64,000 bases of DNA. Source: Antedon mediterranea. Lineage: Eukaryota; Animalia; Echinodermata. The position numbers and the translations under genes were made by a program. Positions 48,941-62,849 of this stretch are shown here, piece after piece. Position 1 is the first letter of the stretch. Each line of letters opens with the position of its first letter. The DNA lies in assembly GCF_964355755.1 (NCBI RefSeq), contig NC_092670.1, positions 25,034,795-25,098,794 on the forward strand, in the 5' to 3' direction. The notes below the pieces were generated by a model. The model was not told where the DNA came from and did no database searches. It saw nothing but the letters and a program-made list of their open reading frames with translations.

Positions 48941-50226
48941 TGGAATTGGTTAATTAATAACACTTCCCTGGTTTAATTATAACAATATTTGAAGAAAGGT
49001 GAATACTTGAATCACAGGGCCGTAGCCAGGATCTGTAAAGGGGGGGGGGGGGGGTGGGTGAGGGAGGTTCGGACACACTAAGTATTAGTATTACTACTGT
49101 AAGAATAATAATTAGAATAATAAGAAAAAAATTATAATACAGAATTATCTTCTGACAGTAAGGCGCCGGTGGTAATTCACACAATGTTGTGATCTTTTAT
49201 CAAAGATTCCAATGTATCAAAGAATGTAGAAACCAAGAAGTTCTATGACCAATTTCTGGACGAAAAAAAAAAACGTGTGTATGTCGGTTAAATTATTTTT
49301 TTTGGACTAATTTTTGGTGAAAGTTAATAACTATTATGATACTTCAAAATGACCCACTTTTTTTTCGAAATTAAAAAAAAATTAGTCAAAGGGACAATGC
49401 ATCTTTAATTTATGAACATAATATTATGATATTCCGAAATAAAAAGATAAATATTAAGGATATCTTACAAATATATTATATTAAAGCTTATTAAATATTA
49501 TCAAATGTTTCTATTGTTGATGATGCGCGCTAATGAACGGAGTTGGTCATTCTGTATCAAATCATTCAGATAGTAATTAACAACAAATTTATAATGGGAG
49601 ATAGACTACGACATATTTTTCATACATTTTAAATACTGTATATATTCATTTTATTTATTATTGATTCTTTTATTTTTAAACGGATGAACTATCTGAAAAC
49701 GACCTGGCAATACAGTACCCAACCGCAATTTCACACATTTTTCTAATCACCAAAAACGTTAAATTTATTTTTAAATGCTTATATGGCGTTCCATAGAATA
49801 TTCTATTTTGTGTAGTGTGCGGAAATCCCAAATCAAAGGTAACATTATTTTCCTCGAATGTTATACCCTAATGTTATAGCTCCATTGTAGTACATAGAAA
49901 TTTGAAATGAATTTGGATAGATCCATGAATTTCTATTACAGTATATGCTATATTAATACTGTACTGTGATAAGGAAATCTCTGTGATAATACGGCAAATA
50001 GCACAAGAAGTTAGGCCCGTCCTAAAGAGTAAAAAGAGTAGAGGGCAGCTTTAGGCTAGCAGACGTCGGCAGGTCTGCTCTGCTCTGCTACTAAGTCATT
50101 ATACGCCAAGGTAGGCTACAAACAGACTAAAGAGGCCTATGCCTAAGAGTTTTTACGTGTTCACATTTTGTGGGGAAAATCCATTAGTTGTCAGATATAG
50201 CCTAAACAAATACAGTATAATCAATT

Positions 50227-53200
50227 TAAAGATATGTTGTCCCCTAAAAACATGAACAAATTAAGATTAATAAAATCAGACTTACTTAGGCCTATAATAA
50301 ATAGGGCCTAACTCAGTCGAGACGCAGAGTGCTCAAATGACCGTTAAATCGCTAATTTTCCCCTGCGCATGCGCCATTTTTATACCAGGAAGTAGAAATT
50401 GTTTACACTTAGCGACGAACCGCGATGAATTTTTGCATGGAAGAGCCTTCAGAAATCCAGTAAAATTTCACCAATCAGGAACCTAATTCACTTGCCAAAT
50501 ATGGTAAAGGCTTACCAAATATAGAAAGAATCTTCCCGCCGACTTTTTTTCGTATAAAATGACTGACATTTAAATCGGCGTCCATTTTTCGAAATCGTAG
50601 CTGTCGAGGGCTCACGTGAGGTAAGTTTTGATTCTGGTTTGTTTTGGTTTGAAACAAACCAGCCGATTTTTTCTTCAAAAGCCAAAATTAATAACATTCT
50701 AGTATGTGTTCAATACACATATAATACATATTCTGAGAAAGATTTGGCTCTGTTCATTCATGAGAACTATTAAAATTTAGTGCAAGTTGAGCAGTCACTT
50801 TTTTCGGGCCGCCGCCATCTTTGTATGTATTCCTTAGCTATATCGTAGATAGCGCCTGTGCTTTAACAGATCAATCTTTACCAATCACGGGGCTTTGGTT
50901 TGACATATTAGGTTTTGATCGACTATTTATTGATTATCACGCAATTATAATGTTATTTGAAGTTATATTTTGGGGAAATTTGTAATTATAAACTGAATAA
51001 AATACATTGAGATTTCGGTCTGTATATAGAAATAGGGCCGGCCTACTGTAACTAGTAGTAGGGCGGATCAACTGTCCACTAGGGCTAGCTAGGCCGATCT
51101 GTTTAGAAGTTTCCTATATAGTTATTTCGTACGGATTGAACTATTAGTAATTACCCTATGCTATTGGAACTAAATTTGTAATTTTTTTTATTATATGCAC
51201 CTAGGCCTAGTCCCAGCTGTAGAGCATACTATCTAGGCCTAGCAGCTAGTCAGAGAAGAGCCAGTCAGCCGGCTCCTGCCCAGGCTATTATGCTGATGCT
51301 AGGCCAGCTGGAGTGTTCAACACTCGTCCAGAAATCGATGGTACCAAGCTCACCAGATGTACTAAAATAAACCTATAAAGGAAGTATACAATGATACTGT
51401 AATATTTTCTTTTTATTTTATTTTGCAGGTGTTTGGATGCCAGCGTTTGATCACCTCAATTAGTCAGCATACCGTATCAAGCCAGAATGTCTGCTTACTG
51501 TTGTGAACCAACTTTCATGTGCATTTACTATGCCAATTTATATCAAGTTTAATATGTGTGCTATGTAAATAAGTTATAGAACTATATGATATATATGATT
51601 TTATTTAATAATATTATAATACAGTCGACTCCGCCTAAGTCGAATCTAATGGGACCGGTATAAAAATTCGAGTTACGCGAACTTCGACTTACAGATTTGC
51701 CAAAAAAATGCTAGGCCTAGGCCTAGGTTCACTCACTAGCCGCGCTATGGCTAGGCCTAGTGGACCCTGCCCTGTCGCGCGGCCCCCGCAATGAGCCTTC
51801 TTGAATTGAGTTTGCTTAGCTAGCTAGCTAGGCCTAATAAATGCTAAAGCCTCTTTATCGGCAATGATAAACTGTATTTTCTTTTATGGTTTAAGCCCAA
51901 AACAATACAAAAACGTATAATAAATACATTTCGTTTCTTATTCGAAATCAGTATCCATTGTTTATTGCCATCTGTCTAGCACAAAATAGGTACCCACAAA
52001 ACGCCGCTCAAGTTCTCAACGCTTAAACAACTCATACACTATACACTAGCGCGAGTTGTAGGACGCCGCCTATACTATACAACCTGCTTGAGAGAACCGA
52101 TATGGTCCCACATTCTCCCCTCTGTTGTTTGTTTATCGAATTACGTACGTTTCATCGGCTTTTTTAGCGCGTTGTTGCAGCGTAATTTGTGACTTCGACT
52201 TATACGATATAAATCACTAAAGAATGTGTGTATTCGGACCGCAAAAAGACGTCGACTTAGACGAATTTCGACTTAGAAAAATTCGACTTACAAATAAAAA
52301 TTACACAGTAATGTATAGGAAAGAATTGGGACTTTCCAAAAAATTCGACTTTCGCGATTTTTCGACTTACGCGAATTCGACTTAGGCGGAGTCGACTGTA
52401 ATTAGATTTGTTTGTCTTAGAATAGTATAAAAATAGTATTTTTACATGCAGTATAATTTTGAAAGTATTTATGCCAATACTTTGCCATAAAAAAATAAAA
52501 ACATCTCGTTACATTCTGCATTGTCTAGGATTAATTTCAATAATAATAATATAGGTGCTATTTAAAAACAAAAATTTAAGAAATTTCAGCAGGTGGCTGG
52601 TTTCTGTTTTGTTTTTATATTCAATTTCCATTTTATTGGAAATTACTTAATCCAAACTAATATAAATAAGTTTATAAACCAGTATTTGTTCCAGTTATAT
52701 TGCCGTATAGCTTTCATCATGGTAGTGTAAATATTGTATAGTGCATAATAATTACAGTATATATATTTATTTATTTTATCAGCATTTAACTTCTATCTAG
52801 TCTTTTTAAATGTTATCGTATTTATGTTTAAATTTGTGCTGCATAATTGTATTAGGTTACATGTTTCTCAGTTCTCCAAAATATACCAAAGAGATTCATT
52901 CAGTTAAAATTACACTTTTAATGTTTTATAACTCTACCAGAATCATTTTTGTATATTTTAGGATAGTTTGTTAATGATAATTTTTATCATACAACAGTTA
53001 TGAGTTGAAATAAAATAAAGTATAAATTTAAAAAATTCTTCTTTGTGTTTTATTTTTATTATGTAGTTTTTGAAGAATTTGTGGTGTGATGATTGCAGTG
53101 ATGGATTGTGCATTGTAAATTAATATTTATTAATTAATAACAATAATAAATGGAATTTAAAATTAAATCACATAAATACTGTAATGCAGTCGGACCTTGA

Positions 53201-53919
53201 CAGTTTTTATTAAAAGCAGTCTGGTTCCCCTACGACTAATGCCATGACGTCATTTTAAGCCGTCTGGTGCTGTAAGGCTATTGCCATTACGTCATTTCTC
53301 TCGTCGGAAAATGGCTGCTATTTCAGAATTCATTCGCTTCACTCAAACGAATCCAGCCGTTTTTTTCTTCAAGAGAGTTTAACGATTTCCTTTGGTAGAA
53401 ATGTTTGGAATATATATTTACGTCATATACCTAAAATCCGTGACTGTTCATACGATTTTCAGTGAGTTATTAAATTTTTTTCGACTAAAGTTACTCATCA
53501 CTACGCCAGTCGCCGCTAGCCTACGCTAAGGTCGCCACAAACTTTCACTTGGCTAGGCTAAATATGATCGAATTTTTGAATTCTATACAGGTAAAATCCC
53601 TTAAATATTATTTATAAATACAAAATACCCTGTAAATCGTTAATAAAATCTCATAATTTTACACGGAAATTCAGAACTTTTTTCTCTCGATCGCCGGTAG
53701 CAATGGCGGCGATTCAAATTTCGAGATTGTGATAATTTCGAGGTCACGCAACTCTGCGTCTCGACTGAACTAGCTAGGCCGAGGCTATTTTGCAGTTCTA
53801 ATGAACTTATTTAAAGCTCAGGTACAGGCATGAATTTTAAGTATAATATCTTGTTAATTGTACATAAATCAAATATTTGTAACAGAAATCATGACAAAAA
53901 AACATGAATTTTCCTTTAA
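50227..53919. mobile_element. Possible large non-autonomous TTAA-flanked DNA transposon (Kolobok-like)
   Basis: Starts ttaaagatatgttgtcccc and ends cctttaa, with the inverted subterminal motif cagtcgagacgcagagt (~50314) / actctgcgtctcgactg (~53751). Related gggacaata(c/t)atctttaa ends occur at ~9160, ~24870, ~49390 and ~60180. Confidence 0.45.
51622..52398. mobile_element. Tc1/mariner (pogo/Tigger-like) MITE
   Basis: TA|cagtcgactccgcctaagtcgaat…attcgacttaggcggagtcgactg|TA. Confidence 0.92.
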
Positions 53920-54799
53920 TATGGTCAAATACTAAATTTGGCAAAATTCTGTCATAAATAAAAACCAGGAAGACGTTTTTTCAGTAGTTAGGTAGTTTAA
54001 CCTAATGTAATAACATGTCTGGTGACTCCCTAGAAGGTGAAAAAAGATGGTGGATATATGGTGGATAATTTTTGCTATATCATGAAAATAAAAATCTGAA
54101 GTTGAATAAAAATACCAGCAATATAAAATTTAAGTTATATTAATTACCTATATTTAGTCATCTGATAACATTTTTTACCACACCGTTTATTTTTCATAGC
54201 TTTTTAAAATGCCTCTCTATTTACAAAATTTGTGTACAAAAGAATAAAGATTTTACTGTGTAATTTGAACTATCCCCTCACTGATAAGAAAGTGCTTATT
54301 TTCAACAAGCTTGTGTAACACAAATAAAATTCCAAAAATTATGAAACATAGGGGAAGCTATAGATCGATAATTATTGAAATGTATGATCAATAGAATTTT
54401 TTTGCCCGCACCTTTAATTCTGTAAAAAAAAATTATTTCACTTATAAAAACACAAAAGAAACGGATTTATTTTAATTTATTAATTGATTTAAAAGACAAT
54501 TTCAATATTTTTTGCTTTAAATTATACATTTTTTTTATCCAGTTTTTGGTCAAAGTGAATAACTATCTATTATGTGACATTAAAATGGCATATTCAATTT
54601 TAAAAAGTTTAGACAAATGAAAATCTTATGTATTTATAATTGAATTAATGCTTGTTTAGATTATTTTGTTCATTTCAATGCCTTTTTCTGTTTTATTTCA
54701 CTGTTGCATTGTTAATTTTTGGTTTATGAAATATTGAAAAATTACAAAAAGATTAGATAAACAATTTCTTTTTTTTGCTTGTTTAGATTTAACAGAATC

Positions 54800-56334
54800 A
54801 TGGAAGATGAAGTACTGCGGAAGCTCCTGACAGAAGTAGCCGAAATATTTTATGGAGAAAAATTAAAATCACTACAGTTTCTCTTATCGGATTTACTTAA
54901 ACCTAGTACCTACACCAATGCTCTGCATATATTTGAAGATTTACTGCTACAGCGGCATATAACACATGACAACCTGTATCTTCTTTATGACATTATCAAA
55001 ATAACTGGTTACTTCGTACTTCAGGACACCTTAAACAAATCAGTACAAAATTTCCCTGACTTGACACGTTGGCAACCTACAAGTAAAATTTCAACATATC
55101 GAATAATGCTATTTAAGGTTGCAAATAAACTTTACACTGATGATGTTGCGAGAATTAAATTCATGTACACTGTTCGCCAAGATATAAGTGATGTCTGGGG
55201 TCTGATAATGTTTTTGGAAAAAGAGTGCAAAATTGAAAACAATAGTGATAAATTACTTAAACTAAAAGAGAGTGTTAACCCAAAGGCTGGTAAAGAAATT
55301 GAAGTATATTGTAAGTATTGGAGTTGTCTTGTTGATTAACAGGTTCTGGTTTAAAATCCTGTCCAATGTCACCATTTTTTTTCTCATGACAAAAAAATAT
55401 ATTCTCCTAAAAAGGATTTATAATAAATTGTACTTTATGTATTTTGTGTACATGTTTGTCCTTTGAACTTTCATAGGATAGTGAATTATTTGCTTATGGT
55501 TAAAATATTTAAAAACAAAATTATGTTGATTGCGGTTTATATTTATATTAAACAATATTTGCATAGCGTAAAAAATGTTTTTGTCTTTGCTTAGGTTCAA
55601 ACCGTTTTACGACCAGTGTTGATTTTACTGATGGGAGGGGTGATGTCCAATGTAAGCTCTATCAGTTAATGTTCACTTAAAATTGTTTATTTGTTTGAGT
55701 TAATATAATTAACTACCTAATTGTTTAGATCACCTCAAATTTAGATAATAGTTACTGTATTGTGATTTATATTTGTAGGTGTAACGCATCAGGACCATGT
55801 GACACAAGGTAAGACATGAAAATAAACAAATTTACATAATTCCAATTATTTGTTTCACACACCCTACATATGATACAAAATTATCATAATGTGGAGATTC
55901 CGGTAAAAGTGCTTGATTACCCCTCTCTTAGTTTTACAATGTTACAATTTTACTTTATTGTGTCATGCTTGAAAATGAAATAAAATAAATATCAACTAAT
56001 TTTACAATATCAAGTTACAATATCTGAATTAATGTAGAATAAATACGGATTTTTTTTTTTAGAATTAACTTCACCAGAACTGATGGATTTAGCAAGAGAC
56101 CTGGGAGCTGAATGGGAACAACTGGCAATAATTCTGGGATTGAAAAAGGCGGATCTTGATCACTTGAAAGAGGATAACCGTGGTAGCGTAGTACAAGCGA
56201 TTTTCAGTATGTTGGATGCGTGGTACAAGAAGACACCGGGTGATGATAGGTTGAGACGAGCAAAACTTGTGCAAGCTCTTAAGGATACGGATAGAACAGA
56301 TTTAGCTGAAAAAGTTGAATCAAAAGTTATGTAA
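54800..56334 (+). CDS. Death-fold adaptor: tandem DEDs plus C-terminal Death domain (FADD-like/caspase-8 prodomain-like), 289 aa
   Basis: Exons 54800-55310, 55595-55651, 55779-55808 and 56063-56334, all phase 1 and GT-AG, total 870 nt. DED1: LRKLLTEVAE…LKSLQFLLSD…IFEDL…ITHDNLYLL. DED2: ISTYRIMLFKVANKLYTDDVARIKF…LEKE. Death domain: LARDLGAEWEQLAIILGL…IFSMLDAW…LVQALKDTDRTDLAEKV. Confidence 0.85.
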
Positions 56335-57638
56335 TTACTAGATCTGCACATAGATACACATCAGCAACAACAGGTTCTCATATGTAATTTTTTGTTCATA
56401 TTAACAAGCTGAAAATGTGTATATTTACAGTTATTTTATAGAATTATATGTTATCGAACGATCAATGTATATTGATTGAAACTTCAAGAACTATATATTC
56501 GTGGTGTGCCACAAACTTTATATCTTGTTTGAAGGTTTGCATGGCGAAATGAAATGTTGATATAAATTTTGTGGTACACCACGGTTATTACTTCTGAAAA
56601 GAACTGTTTTTTTACTTTTCGATCGTCGACAGGAGTGAGAATGCAGAAAGTCCAGGAAACTTAGAATACAAATAGAAAAGGGTGGGACTGGTGTGAAAGC
56701 CAAAAACAATAGCAAGTTCACACTGTGGGAAGGATTGAAGTGAAGAGCATTGCTCCAAGAACAATATATTAGTGTATTACATCTTTCTGTAAGTTTTGGT
56801 AAAAACTAAAATATGACTCTTTTGACATAATCCATATTTTATATAAGTTAGTATATACTGTAATTTTAAATTTCACAGAATATGTGAAAATGAGAGAACA
56901 CAGTAATATTAATAGTGAAAACATGTTTTTGTTTAGCCCATATTATGCATCATTGCCAGTGATATACTGTAAATTAATTAATTAAAATAATTGTCTGGGC
57001 AAGCTTAGAACAGCCAAGAAACATTTTATAAACATAAGATTCCAAATTGGGTAGAGAAATTTATTTAGTTTTATTTCGATTTTATTCAGACCAATCCAAT
57101 AATTGTACACTTTAATCATCAATCATTTTAATATTCCATTTTTGTAAATTTAAGTAGATTTTAAGATGACCAGGATTTAGCACTTTGAATAGGTAATAAA
57201 TTATATAGTACTACGGCCCAGCTAGCCAAACGCAGAGGAGTGTCTTTTTAAATAAAAATGTATGTGCCACAATGTTCTGGTCATCACAAATAATTATGTA
57301 ATAAACACAATAAATTGACTTTATTTCATCTGTTTATACTTACTGATGTTTCTCCAATCTCATACATTGAAAAAAGGGACAGTTTCAATAGAAATCAGTT
57401 TATAAACTTTATTATTGTGCAGTATTTAGATGGAAAATATAAGGGGAAAGGGAATTACTGTACAATCTACCTCCTCAAAACATTGTTATGTCGATGTTAG
57501 CGTACCATACCAGCCAGCATCTTAACGTTGGGGTCGTGTTCATTTTTCGGCGATCGGCTTTTTGTTAGATGTGGGGCCTGCAATAATATTTTTAAAGTTA
57601 AAATATCTGGCCTACCGCCACAAACTTGATATTTCAAG

Positions 57639-60600
57639 ATGGGTAGGCGGTCTATAAATACCACTAAAAGTGGTAAATTTATGAATCCAACTGATCAGGC
57701 TCGTAAGTATATCAATATTGAATATCTGCAGTTTAGATCTTGCTAAATAAGGCTTAAGCTAGGAGGCCGGAGGAGAGAGGAGAGGATTTGGACGGCACTA
57801 CTGCTTGCAGTTTGTTCCGCGTGTACTCGGCAAGCTATAGGCCCCTAGCTGGATTTGAGAATGCACGTGGCCTAAGAAAAAGTCAAGATGCTAATAAATC
57901 ATTAAAACGTCATTACTGTAGCCTAGCTAATATATATAACCTATTAGGCCCTAATGTTATTTAATTATCAGTATCATGTATAATTTTGATTTCTACATAG
58001 TAGTACATGTCATGATTTATTTTGTAATAAATTCAACATCAATAATATTGTTTACTACTAGGATATTGTATATTGAATATCATTAAATATTTTTATATTG
58101 GCCTTCCTAAATATTTTTTGAAAATAAAAATGAAAGTAATATAGGCCTAGGCCTCTCTCTAGGCTTATTAGTTACGGTAGGGAAGCAATACATTTTAAAT
58201 ATTGATATGATAAAGTTTGAATAATATATTTCAGGTAAAGAAGCAAGAAAAAGAGAACTAAAGAAGGTATTGTTTTCTATTATTAACTTCAGATAATAAT
58301 CCATTTGTTATTGAGCATTTTACTAGTCAGTCAAAGCTGGCAAGAATGCTTCCCGCTAACTTCTTAAAAATCACAGATTTCAAAACTTCCATCATTCAAT
58401 GTAGAGGGTAACGGGACGATTCGACCCTGAGACGATTCGGCCCACTCAAATTTATTGACTTCGACAAAAATTTATTAATGTTTAAATAATGTATGTTTTT
58501 TTTTCTTTAGACTTATTCATTTATATATTAGCAAACAAAACACCAAATTCCCCAGAAAAAACTTGACTAAGCTTACACAAAGCGATACCGTTTGTAAACA
58601 CGACGGTATCAGAAGAATTATTTACATTTAAATACATAATTGTTTTAGTTCAAACACTTTTGAAAGCTTGATAACTGTATAACATTATAATTAACAATCA
58701 TTGGTTTTGTCTAAATGTGGGACGATTCGGCCCGCAAAGTGGGACGTTTTTTTGGGCCGAAACGTCCCACTAAAAGTGGGCTGAATAGTTCCGGGCCGAA
58801 TCGTCCTGGAACCATGTAGAGGGCTTGAAATGTTATGTTTTTTAACAAAGTTTGCAAGATTTAAAATGCCATATTGTTCAATTTACAGAACAAAAAGCAG
58901 AGAATGATGGTTCGTGCTCATGTGTTAAAAATGAAAGATCCTATTCAGATAATACAAGACATGGAAGAGCTAGATGAACTTGGTAGGTTATTGCAACATT
59001 CTTACAATGTGCAATTTTTTACAATCAGTGAGTAAATGATTGTGCGTTACCTTTCCTATCTCGGAGGAAATGAAGAAATTGGCACTACAAGAATCAACAA
59101 TATCTTGTTTACTAAGTTGAACCATGTAATATACTGTATAATACCTCTTCACACAATCGGTCATACTAATTAATGCCCCATACAGTTTTATGATATAATT
59201 AATGATATTAAGTACATATTTTTATTTCCAGAAGCAAGTTAAAATTAGTTAAATATTGTTAGACTTTTCATTCTAAAACGCGTCAATCATCAGCTTGAAC
59301 ACCACAAAACATCACCATCATTAAAATGTATAAAACATACAATTAAATATTAAAATTAACATTAAATATAATGTTAGGATGTTCATCATAAAGCCCTACC
59401 GAAGATTAGTATGACCCCGCATAATTGGTGGTTTTTATACTTTTTTATTTCTAGAACTAAATCCTGAAACATGTAGTCACCTTGGAGAGAAAGTTATCAA
59501 AGACAAACGTAAAAAGCTAAAGGAGACTTTAGACAGAGTGTTAAAGCTTTATGTAAGTGTGTCATACATTACAATTCTACTTTATACAGGTACCCTATGA
59601 CAATAGCCAAAGGGGACATTACTATAATTATTATTAAGATGGCCAGAGAAAAGGTTTTTTGTGTTGGCATCAAGAAACAATTAGATGTAACTGCTTCTAA
59701 ACCCACCACAATTTTGTGAACATGCTGTAAAATTAATGTAATCATTGCTTTTTTATTTTCTCTTATATTAGCAAAAGGAAGATCCAGATCGCTATGCCGA
59801 CTATAAACGAGCCGAAATGGATTACGACAAGAAACGACAACAGCATGCCAAGTACTATGGTAACGCTTCTTTTAAACTTTGTTTTATAACTTATATAAAA
59901 TTTTTTATTTTTTTTTGGTTTTTGAATATGCCATTTTAATGTCACTTGAATAGTTATTCACTTTGACCACTGGATCGGAAAAAAAATTATTTACCCGAAA
60001 AAAATGAAATTTGAAGCAAAAAATGCTTAAATTGTCAGGTTTTTGGTTAAAATTAACCGTTTTATTGTCTTTTTATAAGTGAAATATTTTTTTTTTTACA
60101 GAAATGAATTAAACTTTATTAAAACTGCAAAATGGCCTATTTAAAGTCTTATTTAATAATCTTCATTTTTCATGTTTTGGGGGGACAATACATCTTTAAT
60201 ACAAGTGAAGACCTCATTTACATTTTTGTATTTTTTTAAGGTTAAATGTTTTTTTTTTTTATGTTTTATTGTAGCCTAGACCTATATATAAGTTTATTCA
60301 ATTCAATAACATAATATGAAATAGCCTAGTTTACCCACAATGTAATAAGGCCAATTTTGACCTTTTAAATTTCTTTTTTATTAGAGTCAATTCGTGAAAC
60401 ACAGCAAGTTGATGTTGATTCCATTCCACTACCAGACATAGCAGCTAGTAAGACATTTTAATTTTTATAAAGTAGCCAATTTGTAACTTTTTTTAAATCA
60501 TTTTTTTTATCTTGTAAAATGTCTATGTTATTATAGTATGTATTCTTAATATTTGTAATTTTTGTGTTGGAGAGACACACCTTACCGGTGACAAAAGCGT

Positions 60601-62849
60601 TTTGTTTAATGCCTTTGTCTCTCCTCGGCTTTGTGTCTTGTACTTCATATATATATATATTTCTATGTTTTGTAATTATTATTTTGAACATGTCTATTGC
60701 CGAAATGAATAAAATAAATAAATAAAACAGTAACCTAATATTATTCCTTACATTACCAATCATACGTCATACCTCATAAGCCGCAGCAGACTTTTCCGAC
60801 CTAGCATACTTTTTTTTAATTCCTGATCTGGGTTGAAATTTTCTTTCTAAACATGGATACTACTATAATATTTATTTCAAAATGTTTTTCAAGTGCCTTC
60901 TATGATACCACTACCAAAAGATATTCCATTGCCTGGATCAAAGCCGCAATCAATCCTGAAAAAAACATCTGCATATGAGTAAGTAAACCTTTTTATATAA
61001 CCCCTTTGTTGTTGAGACACCTCTATTAAGGGGACACTTGTTCTCTCCTAAAGGTGTCCATTTAATAGGGGTTCTTTGCATTCTACTGTATCAAAATAGT
61101 CGATATACTTGACCAACCACATAGACACAACTCGTATTATTTGGGTTTGTATTCTGAATTTGTTAAACCTGTATTCTTTATCAGACAAGCTTCAAGACGT
61201 GCACCTGGGCCACCACCTGGACTACCCCCTGGCCTGCCACCTGGTAAACGACCACCTGGTCCACCACCTGGATTACCACCATGGGTTCTAGAAGGTGATA
61301 ATACAGAACCTGATGATGATGGACAGCCTTACAATCCGGATGAAGGTATATTTGTACATTGATAATAATATTAGGATAGCTTGTTTATCTAACTTAACAG
61401 TTATGTTAATAGAGCTTCAGCAAAAAAACATTTGTCATCTAGTTTGACAAAGAAAGTGTGATGTTCCCAAATATGGTAGTGATATGACATCATCATGTCC
61501 ATATTATAGGCACATCATTTTTTTTTGTCAAATAAAGTTTGGTAGTGTGGACAGGCCTTAATTCTGTAATGCTGTTTTTCTTGATAGAGTTAGAAGACAT
61601 GGCAACAGGTGAACATGGCAATGATAGTGAAGAAGATATGGATGATGATGCATATGATATTGATGACGATGGTCAAGGTATGTATCTATCAACACTTGTA
61701 ACTTGCTATGGCTTTTGTTTATAAAGATATATGTGGTAACATACTTAGTTAAAGAGATAAGGTAATTGTGATGTTTCCATAATTACCTTATAATCAATCA
61801 ATGGTAGTTTTCTCTCAATGTATGAGGACCAAAAAAAAGGATTATTTTTAAAAGGTGTTTATGTTCAAAGTTATTACCTTCTAAAATATCCATTCTCTTA
61901 TGTTACAGGTAAGAGGTCTGTGCGTTTTGCGGATGTCGGAGATGGCAAGCAAGAACTTAGAATACCAAGAGGAATGACAGCTTTACAAGCTAAAATGTTG
62001 AAGCTTGCTGGTCAGTTAAAAGATCCTCTTCCAGCGGAGGATGAGCACAATTTGAGTGACGATGATGACGATGAAAATGATGAAGAAGTTTCAGAAAGGA
62101 AGGAAGATGAATCAGATGATGAACAAGAGGAAGAGACAAAAAACGAGTCAATGGATACTGTGCAACAAAGAGCAGGACCGCCAATAGGTTTACCATCCAG
62201 TCAGCCTAGATATCTACCCCCAGGTGCACCTCCTAATCCTCCTCAAGGTCCCCCTCCACGTCCACCACCTGGTTTCCCACCTGGAATGACCATGCCAAAC
62301 TTCAGCAGGCCACCTCCACTTCGAACTCTACCTCCTGGGATGTTACCCCCTGGCCCACCACCAGGACGTCCACCTGCACCACCCCCAGGTCCCCCTCCTG
62401 GTATGCCACCCCTTATGCGTGGAACATTGCCACCAAGACTTCCTCCCCCATCAAATTTACAACCTCCACGTGGTTTACCACCGCCACCACCTGGAACAAG
62501 ACCAGTTGTACCTCCCCCACAAATTACAGAAAATCCTAATGTACTCAGCGCTCCTCCTAGCATTCATAAGCCGCCCATGAGGCAAGAAATGACAGACAAA
62601 ATACCAATTCAGTCAGCTACTATTGAGGCCAAGCCACAGCTAAGAAATCTTCAAGCTGATGTCACAAGGTTTATGCCAACATCACTCAGAGTAAAGAGGG
62701 ATGCAAAGACTAAATCAAAAACTGGTAAAACGGCACCTGAACGTAACGAAATCGTTGTTGCTCCCATACCGAAACTAGCTGTGACTACGGCAGCTACTAA
62801 GGACGATGCTTACGAACAATTCATGAAAGAAATGGAAAACTTTCTTTGA
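57639..62849 (+). CDS. WBP11: WW domain-binding protein 11 (SIPP1/NpwBP)
   Basis: Exons 57639-57702, 58235-58266, 58889-58982, 59455-59552, 59772-59859, 60385-60447, 60894-60978, 61185-61345, 61588-61677 and 61909-62849. N-terminus MGRRSINTTKSGKFMNPTDQARKEARKRELKKNKKQRMMVR, PPGPPPG repeats, PP1-binding KRSVRF, ATIEAKPQ, RFMPTSLRVKR and C-terminal TKDDAYEQFMKEME. Confidence 0.97.
58407..58813. mobile_element. MITE with 8-bp TSD and GG…CC termini
   Basis: TSD atgtagag (58399-58406 and 58814-58821), with gggacgattcggccc modules inverted at the two ends. Located in WBP11 intron 2. Confidence 0.8.

Noticed and set aside
54800-57600. Caspase-8 gene
   Set aside because: I saw no QACxG or caspase-like exons before WBP11, and the ORF stops after the Death domain.
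62243-62563. Gly-rich minus-strand ORF
   Set aside because: Antisense shadow of the proline-rich WBP11 exon.
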